Of a stretch of DNA of 64,000 bases, positions 19,403 through 28,704 are shown one piece after another. Both the position numbers and the translations under genes were made by a program. Position 1 is the first letter of the stretch. The number at the start of each line of letters is the position of its first letter. The DNA is from Planctomycetota bacterium. Lineage in GTDB: Bacteria; Planctomycetota; PLA2; JAEUHO01. The stretch is taken from contig CBDCTJ010000001.1 of the NCBI GenBank assembly GCA_965222115.1, positions 224,001 through 288,000 on the forward strand, given 5' to 3'. The notes under the pieces were generated by a model. That model ran no database searches, was not told where the DNA came from, and was given only the letters and a program-made list of their open reading frames with translations.

Positions 19403-19471
19403 AACCACCCGCGTGACGGCGTGCTCGTCATGTCGGCATCGATTCACCTTGGCTAAGTAGACGAACGCACT

Positions 19472-20020
19472 ATGGCACGACTTGTTATAGCCGTCGGCGG
19501 AAGCATCGCCGCCTACAAGGCGTGTGATCTCACGTCCAAGGCCGTGCAAGCGGGCCATCGTGTAGACATTGTGCTCACACGATCGGCGCAGAAGTTTGTA
19601 CAGCCGCTTGCGTTTTCCGCGCTCACCCATCGAACGGTATTTACGGATGCGTCCATTTTCGGCACGAATGACGAGGGCGGACCCGCCAACCATCTGCGAG
19701 TTACGGAAAAGGCCGACGTATTCGTGGTCGCTCCCTGCACGGCAAACCTCATGGGCAAGTTCGCCCATGGCATCGCCGACGATCTTGTCTCGACGACCTA
19801 CCTCGGCGCATCGTGCCCCGTGCTGCTGGCACCGGCGATGAACACACGCATGTGGAATCACAAGCGCGTGCAGGCCAATCTCAAGATTCTCAAGAACGAC
19901 GACGTTCAGTTCATCGGCCCCGAACGAGGCTATCTGGCCGAGGCTGAGGAAGGTGTGGGACGCATGAGCGAGCCCGCCGACATACTCAAAGCCATCGAGC
20001 ATCTCGTTTCAGAAGAGTAG
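19472..20020 (+). CDS. coaC: Phosphopantothenoylcysteine decarboxylase (stand-alone CoaC flavoprotein domain)
   Basis: GGSIAAYKA, APCTAN, GIADD, APAMNTRMW; ends after 182 aa without a CoaB domain. Confidence 0.85.
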   Translation: MARLVIAVGGSIAAYKACDLTSKAVQAGHRVDIVLTRSAQKFVQPLAFSALTHRTVFTDASIFGTNDEGGPANHLRVTEKADVFVVAPCTANLMGKFAHGIADDLVSTTYLGASCPVLLAPAMNTRMWNHKRVQANLKILKNDDVQFIGPERGYLAEAEEGVGRMSEPADILKAIEHLVSEE

Positions 20021-20163
20021 TCGTTTCAGCAGAGTAGATCAAGCGCGACAAGAGTGAATCTCTTCACGATTTCGAATGTCGTTCTGTTCTGGGCAAGAGA
20101 CTGTCTACGCTTGATCTAAATTGGTTCTACAAACGTAGGTCCACGCAAGGAGTTCGACTCACG

Positions 20164-22344
20164 ATGAAGTTTGCCGTTTCCATTGCATTTGCACTCGCCG
20201 CTTCGTTGGCCAGCACAGCATCCATCGCGTATGCCAAAGGGAAGAAGGCCGCGGTCGCGACCGGCCAGACAATTCTCATCTTTGACGCGTCAGGATCGAT
20301 GATGGGCTACGTGGGTGGGCGCGCGAAGATTGAGATCGCGCGCGAGACCACACTCAAGTTGATTGCGTCGCGACCTGCGGGATTGGCCATGGGTTTGATG
20401 GCTTATGGCCATCGCCGCAGCCAAGACTGTACCGATATTGAGTTGCTGGCCTCGCCCGCACTTGAGAACTCTTCATCGCTTGCGAGTGCCGTTCGCGGAT
20501 TGAAGGCTCGTGGTCAAACGCCAATTTACAGGTCCGTTATGCAGGCCGCCGAACTGCTTCGCTACAAAGAACAACCCGGCTCCATCATTTTGGTGAGCGA
20601 TGGTGAGGAAACGTGCGGAGGCAACCTGGCTGAACTCGGCGCTAAACTTGCCAAGATGGGTGTGGACTTCAAGACGCATATCATTTGCTTCGCAATGACC
20701 GACGCGCAAACCCGTGACCTGCGGGCGCTCGCCGCCGCCACCGGCGGCCTCTGCATCGAAGCCGGGGATGCAGATAGCCTTGGCGAGGCACTTCGTGTCG
20801 CTACTGAAGCTGCGGCGGCCAAACCAACCACACTTTCGCTGGTCCCCATGGATCAAGACGGAAGCTCGTTGATCAAGAACGGCGTGTCGTTTTCGGTGTT
20901 CAAGAAAAAGGGTGACGAAAGACCCGTCGCTGAGGGACGTGGCGGACAATGGTCTACGACGCTCGACGCCGGCGATTACTTCGCCACCGCGGTGTTTGGC
21001 ACCAAGACCATGGAAGCCAGCATCAAGGTAGTGGCCGAGCGCAACACGCAGCACACGTTTGTCTTTGCGGCGCCCGTCCTCACCCTTCAGGCAATCATGA
21101 AGGAAGGCGGCGAGCCCATGGAGGAGGGTGTCACGTGGCGGGTGACGGCGCCTACGAAGGATAAGAAGTCACGCTTCGTTACGCGCTCCTACGACGCGAT
21201 TGCCACGATTCGACTCGCGCCTGGAAGCTACACCGTGACAGCCGAACGAGGTACCACGCGCGTGAGCAAAGACATTACATTTGAGGACAAACCCCAAACG
21301 GTAACCGTCGTACTCGGCGCGGGCACACTCGCTCTAACGGCATCCACGACCAAAGACGGACCATCGATTGAATCGGGAAATATGAAGTGGACCGTGCACG
21401 GCGCACCCGACGCACTGGGGAAACGACCCTACGTCACCGTCTCGAGGGAACACAAGCCCACGCTCACGTTGCCCGCAGGCAACTACTTGGTCACGGTTCA
21501 AATGGGCGACGCGCGCACAAAAGCATCCTTCGACGTAACGCCGGGAGAAACAACCCAAAGTCACATCGTTATGGGCAGCGGTACGCTACGTGCCACATTC
21601 AAAATGCATGCTAGCGCCGAGCCCTACAGCGGAACGGCGGGTGTGAAGTGGACCGTCTACGGCGAGGCCGACGAACTGGGTAAGCGCAAGTATGTGTCGG
21701 TAGGGCGCAGCAGCGAATACACGTTCAAACTCGCGTCGGGCACCTATCTCCTTCAACTGCAAGTCGGTTCGGCCAGTGTGTCGCAAGAGGTTGACGTCGA
21801 ACCGGGCAAGCAGACCAACGCCGCGCTCAATCTCAATGCGGGACGCCTCCAACTGAATGCAACAATGAGTGAGGGTGGCCAACCCATCGAGTCGGACGAC
21901 CACATGAAGTGGACCATCTACCGCGCAACCGACGACGATCAGCGCGGCAAGTATGTTGTCGTCGTTCGCAAAGCAAGCACCGACACACTACTCAACGCGG
22001 GACGGTACTTTGTGACGGTAGAACGGTTTAGCGCGAAGTCGTCATTGGTCCTGGACGTGCGTCCCGGCGAGCCCACCAAGCAGACCCAGAACCTTAATGC
22101 CGGCATCCTTCGACCCAAACTAACTGCCGAACCCTCAGGGCGAATCAAGTGGTCGCTCTACCTGGCACCGAAGGACGACGTAAAGCGCAAATTCATAACC
22201 GTCCAGCGAAAGGCCGACGCACTCTTCCTTGTGAATGCCGGCGACTACATTCTCAAACTCGAAGTAGGCAAGAAGTCGAGCGAAACACCCGTGACTGTTG
22301 TCGCCGGCCAAACGGCTACGCCTGAGATTTCGATGCCGGAATAA
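20164..22344 (+). CDS. Secreted VWA-domain protein with tandem beta-sandwich repeats
   Basis: Signal peptide; IFDASGSM, LVSDGEETCGG; about five ~85-aa repeats (W.V.G...L.AG.Y.V). Confidence 0.85.
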   Translation: MKFAVSIAFALAASLASTASIAYAKGKKAAVATGQTILIFDASGSMMGYVGGRAKIEIARETTLKLIASRPAGLAMGLMAYGHRRSQDCTDIELLASPALENSSSLASAVRGLKARGQTPIYRSVMQAAELLRYKEQPGSIILVSDGEETCGGNLAELGAKLAKMGVDFKTHIICFAMTDAQTRDLRALAAATGGLCIEAGDADSLGEALRVATEAAAAKPTTLSLVPMDQDGSSLIKNGVSFSVFKKKGDERPVAEGRGGQWSTTLDAGDYFATAVFGTKTMEASIKVVAERNTQHTFVFAAPVLTLQAIMKEGGEPMEEGVTWRVTAPTKDKKSRFVTRSYDAIATIRLAPGSYTVTAERGTTRVSKDITFEDKPQTVTVVLGAGTLALTASTTKDGPSIESGNMKWTVHGAPDALGKRPYVTVSREHKPTLTLPAGNYLVTVQMGDARTKASFDVTPGETTQSHIVMGSGTLRATFKMHASAEPYSGTAGVKWTVYGEADELGKRKYVSVGRSSEYTFKLASGTYLLQLQVGSASVSQEVDVEPGKQTNAALNLNAGRLQLNATMSEGGQPIESDDHMKWTIYRATDDDQRGKYVVVVRKASTDTLLNAGRYFVTVERFSAKSSLVLDVRPGEPTKQTQNLNAGILRPKLTAEPSGRIKWSLYLAPKDDVKRKFITVQRKADALFLVNAGDYILKLEVGKKSSETPVTVVAGQTATPEISMPE

Positions 22345-22516
22345 TCGAACACGCCTTTCGAGACAATTCTCGCAATCGAATGAAACCCCATCACGCCGCG
22401 CCTCGTCCAAGTGTCACAATGAACGAGCCGCGTCCCCATTTCGCCACAGCCCGTCAATTCGCAACAGCACGTAGCATCGCGACGGCGTTTTACAACCACT
22501 CGCGCCGACTCACGTA

Positions 22517-22604
22517 GGGGTCGAGGCCGCACGCGTGCAGATCGAACGTGCGCACGCGTGCACGCTGCGGATGAAGCCAAGCCAAGGGCGAGGCCCTCGA
22601 CCCC
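22517..22604. repeat. REP-like GC-rich inverted repeat
   Basis: GGGGTCGAGG...CCTCGACCCC ends, with internal GCACGCGTGC palindromes. Confidence 0.45.
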
Positions 22605-22663
22605 ACAACAGCATGCGCGGCGTCACGACGATTCCTGTGTGATCGATGACCCCATATACCCAC

Positions 22664-22737
22664 GGGGGCGTAGCCCAACTGGCAGAGGCATCTGATTTAG
22701 GATCAGAAGGTTGGGGGTTCGAATCCCTCCGCCCCTA
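22664..22737 (+). tRNA. tRNA-Leu(TAG), 74 nt, short variable loop, CCA not encoded
   Basis: Acceptor GGGGGCG/CGCCCCT, anticodon arm TCTGA-TTTAGGA-TCAGA, T-arm GGGGG-TTCGAAT-CCCTC, discriminator A. Confidence 0.9.
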
Positions 22738-22861
22738 CGTTGACAACGTCAAACGAAGACGAAAGCCTCCATCCCGGCAAATGTCGGCCTGGAACGGCGC
22801 ATCGGATACCGTTTCGCCCACAATTGCACGACCTTCTCTCACTCTTTGTTCGGAGACGCCC

Positions 22862-23539
22862 ATGAAACTCAATTTGCTCGTCTTGGCCCTCGCAACGGCA
22901 ACTGCAATCACCCTTGGAACCGGCATCGCGCGTTCGGATGATGAAAAGCCTGAACCGGCCAAGCCTTCGGAAGCAAAGTCAGATGATGGCGCCGTCCCCC
23001 AAATGCCAGACATGAGTGATCCGGAGTTTCAAAAGCGGATCATGGCGGTTACGTCTCCCGGTGCGATGCACAAGAAACTGGAGTATTACATCGGCGATTG
23101 GGACGTCACGATCGCGAGTACGATGATGCCCGGTGAACCTACGAAGGCAACGGCCACGTTTGCTTGGAAGATCCCAGGTCGATGGGTGACCCACGAGATG
23201 AAGGGCACGATGATGGGACGCCCCTATCACGGATTCGGCATCATTGGGTTCGACAACTATCGCAAGTGTCACGTGTCTACGTTTGTGAGCAACTTTGATA
23301 CGTCGATGTCGAGTTTTAGTGGACCGGTCGTGGACCCATCACACAAGGTCTCCGTCGAGTACGGGACCATGAACGAGTACCTGAACGGAACGCTTGGCAA
23401 GTTCGCTAGGGTCGTGACGCGCCAGATTGACCAGAACACCTTTGAGTTGGAAATCTGGGACATGCAGATCGGCGAAAGCGGTAAGCCAGTGCTGGAGTTT
23501 CGCTACACGCGCAAGAAACAGGAGCCGGAATCCAAGTAA
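22862..23539 (+). CDS. Secreted DUF1579-like beta-barrel protein
   Basis: Signal peptide; PGAMHKKL...GDW, GFGIIGFDN, YTR pattern. Confidence 0.7.
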   Translation: MKLNLLVLALATATAITLGTGIARSDDEKPEPAKPSEAKSDDGAVPQMPDMSDPEFQKRIMAVTSPGAMHKKLEYYIGDWDVTIASTMMPGEPTKATATFAWKIPGRWVTHEMKGTMMGRPYHGFGIIGFDNYRKCHVSTFVSNFDTSMSSFSGPVVDPSHKVSVEYGTMNEYLNGTLGKFARVVTRQIDQNTFELEIWDMQIGESGKPVLEFRYTRKKQEPESK

Positions 23540-23641
23540 GCGCAAACCTTCCACATCGCCTGGATTTGGCAACTCAGTGACGAGTCGCCCTCGTCGCTCA
23601 CTAAACTTGGGGGACGTAGAGAACTTGACCCGGAGCCCGTC

Positions 23642-24412
23642 ATGAAGTTTTTCGTTCCTGCATTGTTGGTTGGGCTTGTCGCGGGCGGCGCCGCGGGATG
23701 GTTCGCGGCGGGAATGCGTAGCAATCGCGGGGATGCCGGGGATGCCTTGTCGGTTGCGGGTAAGCTCGACGAGATTGAGTCGCGCATTCGAGATATGGAA
23801 GATCGGTCCGCACCCGGAGAGACGGGGCTTACAGCACCGTCCACGAACCAACCCTTGCGCGGCGCGGCGGACGTTAACACCGAAGAACTCACCCGTCGAT
23901 TGAACGAACTGCTCTCTGCGCGGCTCGGCAAGGCCATGGATGCTCACCTGGAAACGCGCGGGTTACCCAAGGAAAAGAGCTTTGGCGATTGGCTGGAGGA
24001 GAACCGACCGCTCGGATCGAATACGCAGGCGCGCGAGAAGAAAAAGGTCACGCTAGCCGAAGTCGCGCGCGAACTGGAAATGACACAGTCGGAGGAAGAA
24101 GCGATCCGCGAGCTGGCCGAGGAGTTCAGCGACAAGATGATCGGTCTTTTGACGACCGAGGACGAAACCAAGGAGCAGGTGATTGAGGAGTTGCAGGCGG
24201 CGAAGGATGATCCCACCAAACAGATGGCACTCATGGGCAAGTACATGGGCCGCGCCATGACAAACCTACCCAAGCTGATGGAAACCATGGGCTCGCTACA
24301 AACACGTGGCGTGAAGATTCTTGGCGCAGAGCGCTGGGGGAAATTCGAACGCGATTACGAAGTGACGGATCTCGACCCCTACGGATTGACCGGCATTTTC
24401 GACAACGATTGA
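23642..24412 (+). CDS. Hypothetical membrane-anchored helical protein
   Basis: N-terminal hydrophobic helix, coiled-coil and helical remainder; GGAG upstream. Confidence 0.7.
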   Translation: MKFFVPALLVGLVAGGAAGWFAAGMRSNRGDAGDALSVAGKLDEIESRIRDMEDRSAPGETGLTAPSTNQPLRGAADVNTEELTRRLNELLSARLGKAMDAHLETRGLPKEKSFGDWLEENRPLGSNTQAREKKKVTLAEVARELEMTQSEEEAIRELAEEFSDKMIGLLTTEDETKEQVIEELQAAKDDPTKQMALMGKYMGRAMTNLPKLMETMGSLQTRGVKILGAERWGKFERDYEVTDLDPYGLTGIFDND

Positions 24413-24544
24413 TCTCGCCCGGTAGCCGGCATTACAACTCACGAACGACGTGGACGTGTTGCGCGCGCTGCCGCGGCAACGAAGCGCTAACACCCCAATT
24501 CGACTTTGAATGCGGGAAGCCCTGGATCCGATCTCCCGTAGGGC

Positions 24545-26920
24545 ATGGCACGAACCACATCCACGGCGTCGGCGAGGCGCAAATCTGCACGCTCCAAAGC
24601 CGCGAAAAGAGCGGCCACGGTAGATGCATCCGCAGGTTCGCTCACGCTTGAGTTCTTGGGCGTAGCGCTCTTCTTGGGATCGGTCCTGTTGCTGGGGGCC
24701 TTGTTCACTTTCGCGCCCGAGGGCGCGCGCGGTGGCATGGTCAACGTCACCGGCCCGGCCGGTCGCGCCGTTGCATCCGCACTCTTAGGTTCGCTCGGTG
24801 CGGGCGCCTGGCTCTTCCCCCTCTTTATCCTTGGTTGGTCTCTCCAATGCTTGCGCGGCGTTCGGCCCAAATCGTGGTCACGCAAAGTCATGTTGTTGCC
24901 GCTCCTTATGGCCCTCACCGCCATTACCGCAGCACTACTCTTTCGCAACATTCCCCTACCTGGCGTGGAACGGTATGGCCCCGGTGGATTCTTCGGACTC
25001 GCGATCGGCACAGCGCTCTTTGGTGCATTCGGAAAGGGCGCTGGGCTCCTTGTGTTTACAGCGGCATCTATGATAGCTCTATGGATGACGGATATACGCT
25101 TTGAAGACGCAGTTGCGCGTGCCATGACATGGTTTGGCATCGATCCGCGCGCGAAGCCGAAGAAGAAGCGCAAGAAGAAGACTGGCGACGAGGAATGGGA
25201 CGAAGATGAGGGTGATTGGGAATACGAAGACGACGACGAAGCGTGGGAAGACGAGGAAGGGTACGACGACGAAGAGGAGTGGGAGGACGAAGAGGACAAC
25301 TCCCCCGATCCACAAGCCGTAGCTCCCGCCCCTCGTCCAACACCGCGGAAGATTCGCCCCAAACCTGCCAAGAAGCGCCCCAAGCAGCGCGGTGCCTACG
25401 TACCACCCCCATTGGATCTGCTGCAACCCGGCGAGTTGACCGATCCCGAATCCGTCAAAGACGAAGTCGCCATGAACGCCGAAAAGTTGGAAGCGGCATT
25501 GGCTTCGTTTCGCATTGAAGCCAAGGTCGAGTCGTCGCTGCGCGGTCCGGTCATCACATTTTATGAAATCCGAGTGCCCTCGGGCGTCAAACTCGGCAAG
25601 ATTCGCGCGCTCTCCGAGGACTTGGCCGTGGCGCTCAAGGCGCGCAGCGTGCGCATGGTGGCGCCTATTCCCGGCAAAGACACCATCGGCATTGAAGTCC
25701 CCAATATGGAACGCGATAGCGTTGCGCTGCGCGATCTCTTGGAAGAAGTCGGGGCGCGCACCGACCACAAGCAAGTACCGATTCTCCTTGGTCGCGACAC
25801 CGCAGGCCGCCCGATTATTGAGGATCTCACGCGCATGCCCCACTGCTTGATCGCAGGTGCCACCGGCTCGGGTAAGAGCGTCTGCATCAACTCGGTGCTG
25901 CTATCGATTCTCTACACACGCGGACCCGATGAAGTCAATCTCATCTTGGTTGACCCCAAACAGGTTGAACTCTCGTGTTACGAAGGGGTCCCGCACCTGC
26001 TCACCCACGTCGTGACCGAAAGCCGGCGCGCCGCCAAGATTCTCGACTGGGCCGTGGATCGCATGGAAGAGCGCTACTCAAGCTTGCTCGCGTGCAAGGT
26101 GCGAAACATCAACGGATACAACAAACTGCCAAAGGCCAAGAAGGCCGCCGTTCGCGAACGTCTGGATGTAGACGAAGAAGCTCTGCCCGACAAGATGCCG
26201 TTTATCGTCATCGTGGTTGATGAACTGGCAGACTTGATCCTCACAGGCGGCAAGGAAGTCGAACTCGCCATTACGCGCCTCGCTCAAAAGAGTCGCGCGG
26301 TGGGCATTCACATGATCCTGGCCACGCAACGTCCCTCAACGAACGTCATCACCGGCCTCATTAAGGCCAACATGCCCACGCGCATTGCCTTCACCGTAAG
26401 CAGCAAGATCGATTCACGCGTAGTACTTGATCAGAATGGCGCCGAAAACTTGCTTGGCATGGGTGACTTGCTCTTCATGAGTCCGCGCAGCCTTTCGCTC
26501 GTTCGTGCCCAGGGCGCACTTGCCAGTGACGAAGAAGTGCTCGACACCGTGGATCATCTCAAGGAAAAGTATCCCGAGATCGAGTACGACGACATTCTGC
26601 GCGTCAATAGCGAAGGTCTTGGCGATCCCATGAAGGTTGACGAGATCTACAACGAGGCCGTGCGACTTGTGCTTACCAAGAACCAGGCCAGCGCCACCAT
26701 GCTCCGCAGCATGTTCGGCCTTGGTCACACGCGCGCTACGCGTTTGATTGCGCTCATGGAGCAACACGGCGTCGTAGGCCCCCACCGCGGCAGCAAAGCG
26801 CGCGAACTTCTTCTCACTCTCGAAGAGTGGGAAGGCATGCAGAACTCGGTAACGGCTGCCGTCAATGCGCAGGGGTATGACTACGACGACCCGCCGTGTG
26901 TGGATGAAAGCTGGGACTAG
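24545..26920 (+). CDS. ftsK: DNA translocase FtsK (complete: 4TM, motor, gamma)
   Basis: GIEVPN, HCLIAGATGSGKS, VDPKQVEL, VVDELADL, LATQRPS, GAENLLGMGD, C-terminal gamma domain. Confidence 0.96.
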   Translation: MARTTSTASARRKSARSKAAKRAATVDASAGSLTLEFLGVALFLGSVLLLGALFTFAPEGARGGMVNVTGPAGRAVASALLGSLGAGAWLFPLFILGWSLQCLRGVRPKSWSRKVMLLPLLMALTAITAALLFRNIPLPGVERYGPGGFFGLAIGTALFGAFGKGAGLLVFTAASMIALWMTDIRFEDAVARAMTWFGIDPRAKPKKKRKKKTGDEEWDEDEGDWEYEDDDEAWEDEEGYDDEEEWEDEEDNSPDPQAVAPAPRPTPRKIRPKPAKKRPKQRGAYVPPPLDLLQPGELTDPESVKDEVAMNAEKLEAALASFRIEAKVESSLRGPVITFYEIRVPSGVKLGKIRALSEDLAVALKARSVRMVAPIPGKDTIGIEVPNMERDSVALRDLLEEVGARTDHKQVPILLGRDTAGRPIIEDLTRMPHCLIAGATGSGKSVCINSVLLSILYTRGPDEVNLILVDPKQVELSCYEGVPHLLTHVVTESRRAAKILDWAVDRMEERYSSLLACKVRNINGYNKLPKAKKAAVRERLDVDEEALPDKMPFIVIVVDELADLILTGGKEVELAITRLAQKSRAVGIHMILATQRPSTNVITGLIKANMPTRIAFTVSSKIDSRVVLDQNGAENLLGMGDLLFMSPRSLSLVRAQGALASDEEVLDTVDHLKEKYPEIEYDDILRVNSEGLGDPMKVDEIYNEAVRLVLTKNQASATMLRSMFGLGHTRATRLIALMEQHGVVGPHRGSKARELLLTLEEWEGMQNSVTAAVNAQGYDYDDPPCVDESWD

Positions 26921-27096
26921 AGGTGGTTGCATAAGGGTCCGTCGCGAGTGTGCAGAGACCGCAGCGAGAGACGATGGACGAAGAAATTGGACCGCAGGCG
27001 TGGTCTGTTCACGTCGAGGAGCCAATTTCGAACGGACGCGGCTCGCAGCAAGAGGATCTGTACACGCAGCAGGTCCTCTTATGAAACCACCTCTAG
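26917..27096. mobile_element. Non-autonomous MITE-like element (~180 bp)
   Basis: Terminal inverted repeats CTAGAGGTGGTTGCATAAG (26917-26935) and CTTATGAAACCACCTCTAG (27078-27096), 18/19 match; nested internal inverted repeats; no credible CDS. Confidence 0.7.
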
Positions 27097-27156
27097 CCAC
27101 CGCCTCGGCAATTCAGCTTTATCTGGAGGTCTGCGCTAGCCGATAGGGCCCGCACG

Positions 27157-27681
27157 ATGTCTAGTGGCGCACTCTATCGATCGGGTGAAGAAGTCCTTGC
27201 CGGTGGCCTCAGCAAGGCGTCACGCATCATTCTTGGTTGCGCGGTCGGATTGATGGGTGTGGGCGTGGCATTGAACGCTTCGAACGCACCCAACCCGACG
27301 CTCACATGGATCTTTGCCGGATTCTGCATGGCCGTGGCGCTCATGTGTGTATTCAACGGCCGCTTGCGACGAGCCATAGGGCGCATCGTCGCTGCCACGA
27401 TCTTCGTAACGTGCGTATGGTACGTCATCGACTGTGCGTACACAGAACCCGTATCCAGCGGCTCGCGCTCCCAACCAAGTCTCATGAACGCGGTGCTTTT
27501 GATGCTCTTCGCTGGCATTCCAGCGGCGTACTTCGCGATACGTGGTCGGTTTCGAGACCGCGCCTACCCTCAGGCAGACGATCAATTCGAGTGGCACCAT
27601 GATGACGAATTCGCATCGGATGACGCGCGGATTGAAGCGATGGAAGAGTTGGAACGGCGGGAGGCGGCGAAGAGGGCTTAG
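27157..27681 (+). CDS. Hypothetical 4-TM membrane protein
   Basis: Four hydrophobic segments and an acidic tail. Confidence 0.7.
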   Translation: MSSGALYRSGEEVLAGGLSKASRIILGCAVGLMGVGVALNASNAPNPTLTWIFAGFCMAVALMCVFNGRLRRAIGRIVAATIFVTCVWYVIDCAYTEPVSSGSRSQPSLMNAVLLMLFAGIPAAYFAIRGRFRDRAYPQADDQFEWHHDDEFASDDARIEAMEELERREAAKRA

Positions 27682-27821
27682 GGCTGCCCCATTCGGATAG
27701 GGAGGAACCCATGATTTGGGGGATTCTCCCCCAAACCCCATGTCGCCTGCAACCAGTCGCGCTATCTCACGCTTATTTGCTTCGATCGCCTACTTTCCCG
27801 TTTCAAATACCTTCTCATCCT

Positions 27822-27898
27822 CGGGGCGTAGCGCAGCCTGGTAGCGCGCCTGCTTTGGGAGCAGGAAGTCGCTGGTTCGAATCCAGTCGCCCCGACCA
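27822..27898 (+). tRNA. tRNA-Pro(TGG)
   Basis: CGGGGCG/CGCCCCG acceptor, CCTGC-TTTGGGA-GCAGG anticodon arm, GGTTCGAATCC, encoded CCA. Confidence 0.95.
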
Positions 27899-28603
27899 AT
27901 CCCTCTGCCAACGTTCCTGTACGAGAGACAACAATACCTCCAATCTACAGACCAGCGACTGGGTTGGGGGATAGCATCGGCGTAAGCCGATGCGTAAGGG
28001 GGCATACATATGCCCCCTTGGCAAATACGCCGCCATACGTGACGATGCGAGCTTTGCGAGCACGCGGCGCGTTGGTTCGAATCCAGTCGCCCCGACCACT
28101 TATCTACGTAGCGTTCTCAAAGTTGCGCTATTACCGTGCCATGCACCCATTCGCTTGGAAGCCGGTTGTCCGCGCGGCGTAGCGCAGCCTGACGTGTCTT
28201 CTAGGGGTATCCCCCAGACCCCCCATGCGCCTGCTTTGGGAGCAGGAAGTCGCTGGTTCGAATCTAGTCCTTCGCGCCCGGTCGATGACGCTAGTCAGCG
28301 AGCAAGAGCCGAGCCGGCGAGGCTCGCGCAGGGCGGGCGACCAATCTTTCGACAACGTTCCTGCACGAACACCAATGAGACTCAAGGGAACCAACCAGCG
28401 ACTGGGTTGGGGGATAGCTTCGGCGTAAGCCGAAGCGTAAGGGGGCATACATATGCCCCTTGAAGTCACGCCGCCATACGTGACGACGCGAGCAAAGCGA
28501 GCGCGCGGCGCGTTGGTTCGAATCCAGTCCTTCGCGCCCGATCGATGACCTTAGTCATCGAGTAAGAGCGTAGCAGGCGGGGCTCGCGCATGGCGGGCGA
28601 CTA
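27899..28603 (+). repeat. tRNA-Pro-linked tandem repeat region with three further T-arm/3'-end copies and duplicated hairpin modules
   Basis: 27873-27898 repeated exactly at 28073-28098; module 27951-28070 repeated at ~28394-28511; ~68-bp module at 28270-28337 repeated at ~28530-28597. Confidence 0.85.
28173..28343 (+). pseudogene. Interrupted copy of tRNA-Pro(TGG)
   Basis: CGCGGCGTAGCGCAGCCTG + 35-bp insert + GCGCCTGCTTTGGGAGCAGGAAGTCGCTGGTTCGAATCTAGTC + ~68-bp insert + CGACCA. Confidence 0.75.
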
Positions 28604-28704
28604 CTTTGCCCGGTGGTGATATACCGGACACCCGAGCTAAAGGGCGGGAGCAAACTACGGAGAAAGTGAGCCACGGGGCTCGACGCAGATAGGACCACTT
28701 CACT

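Noticed and set aside
22664-22737. Amber suppressor or pyrrolysine tRNA
   Set aside because: Anticodon TAG reads CUA (Leu); a suppressor would need anticodon CTA
24487-25383. Ser-rich 298-aa minus-strand ORF
   Set aside because: Antisense of the acidic FtsK linker
27873-28098. attL/attR of an integrated prophage or ICE
   Set aside because: The repeats are only 200 bp apart, there is no integrase, and no distant copy was seen in the window
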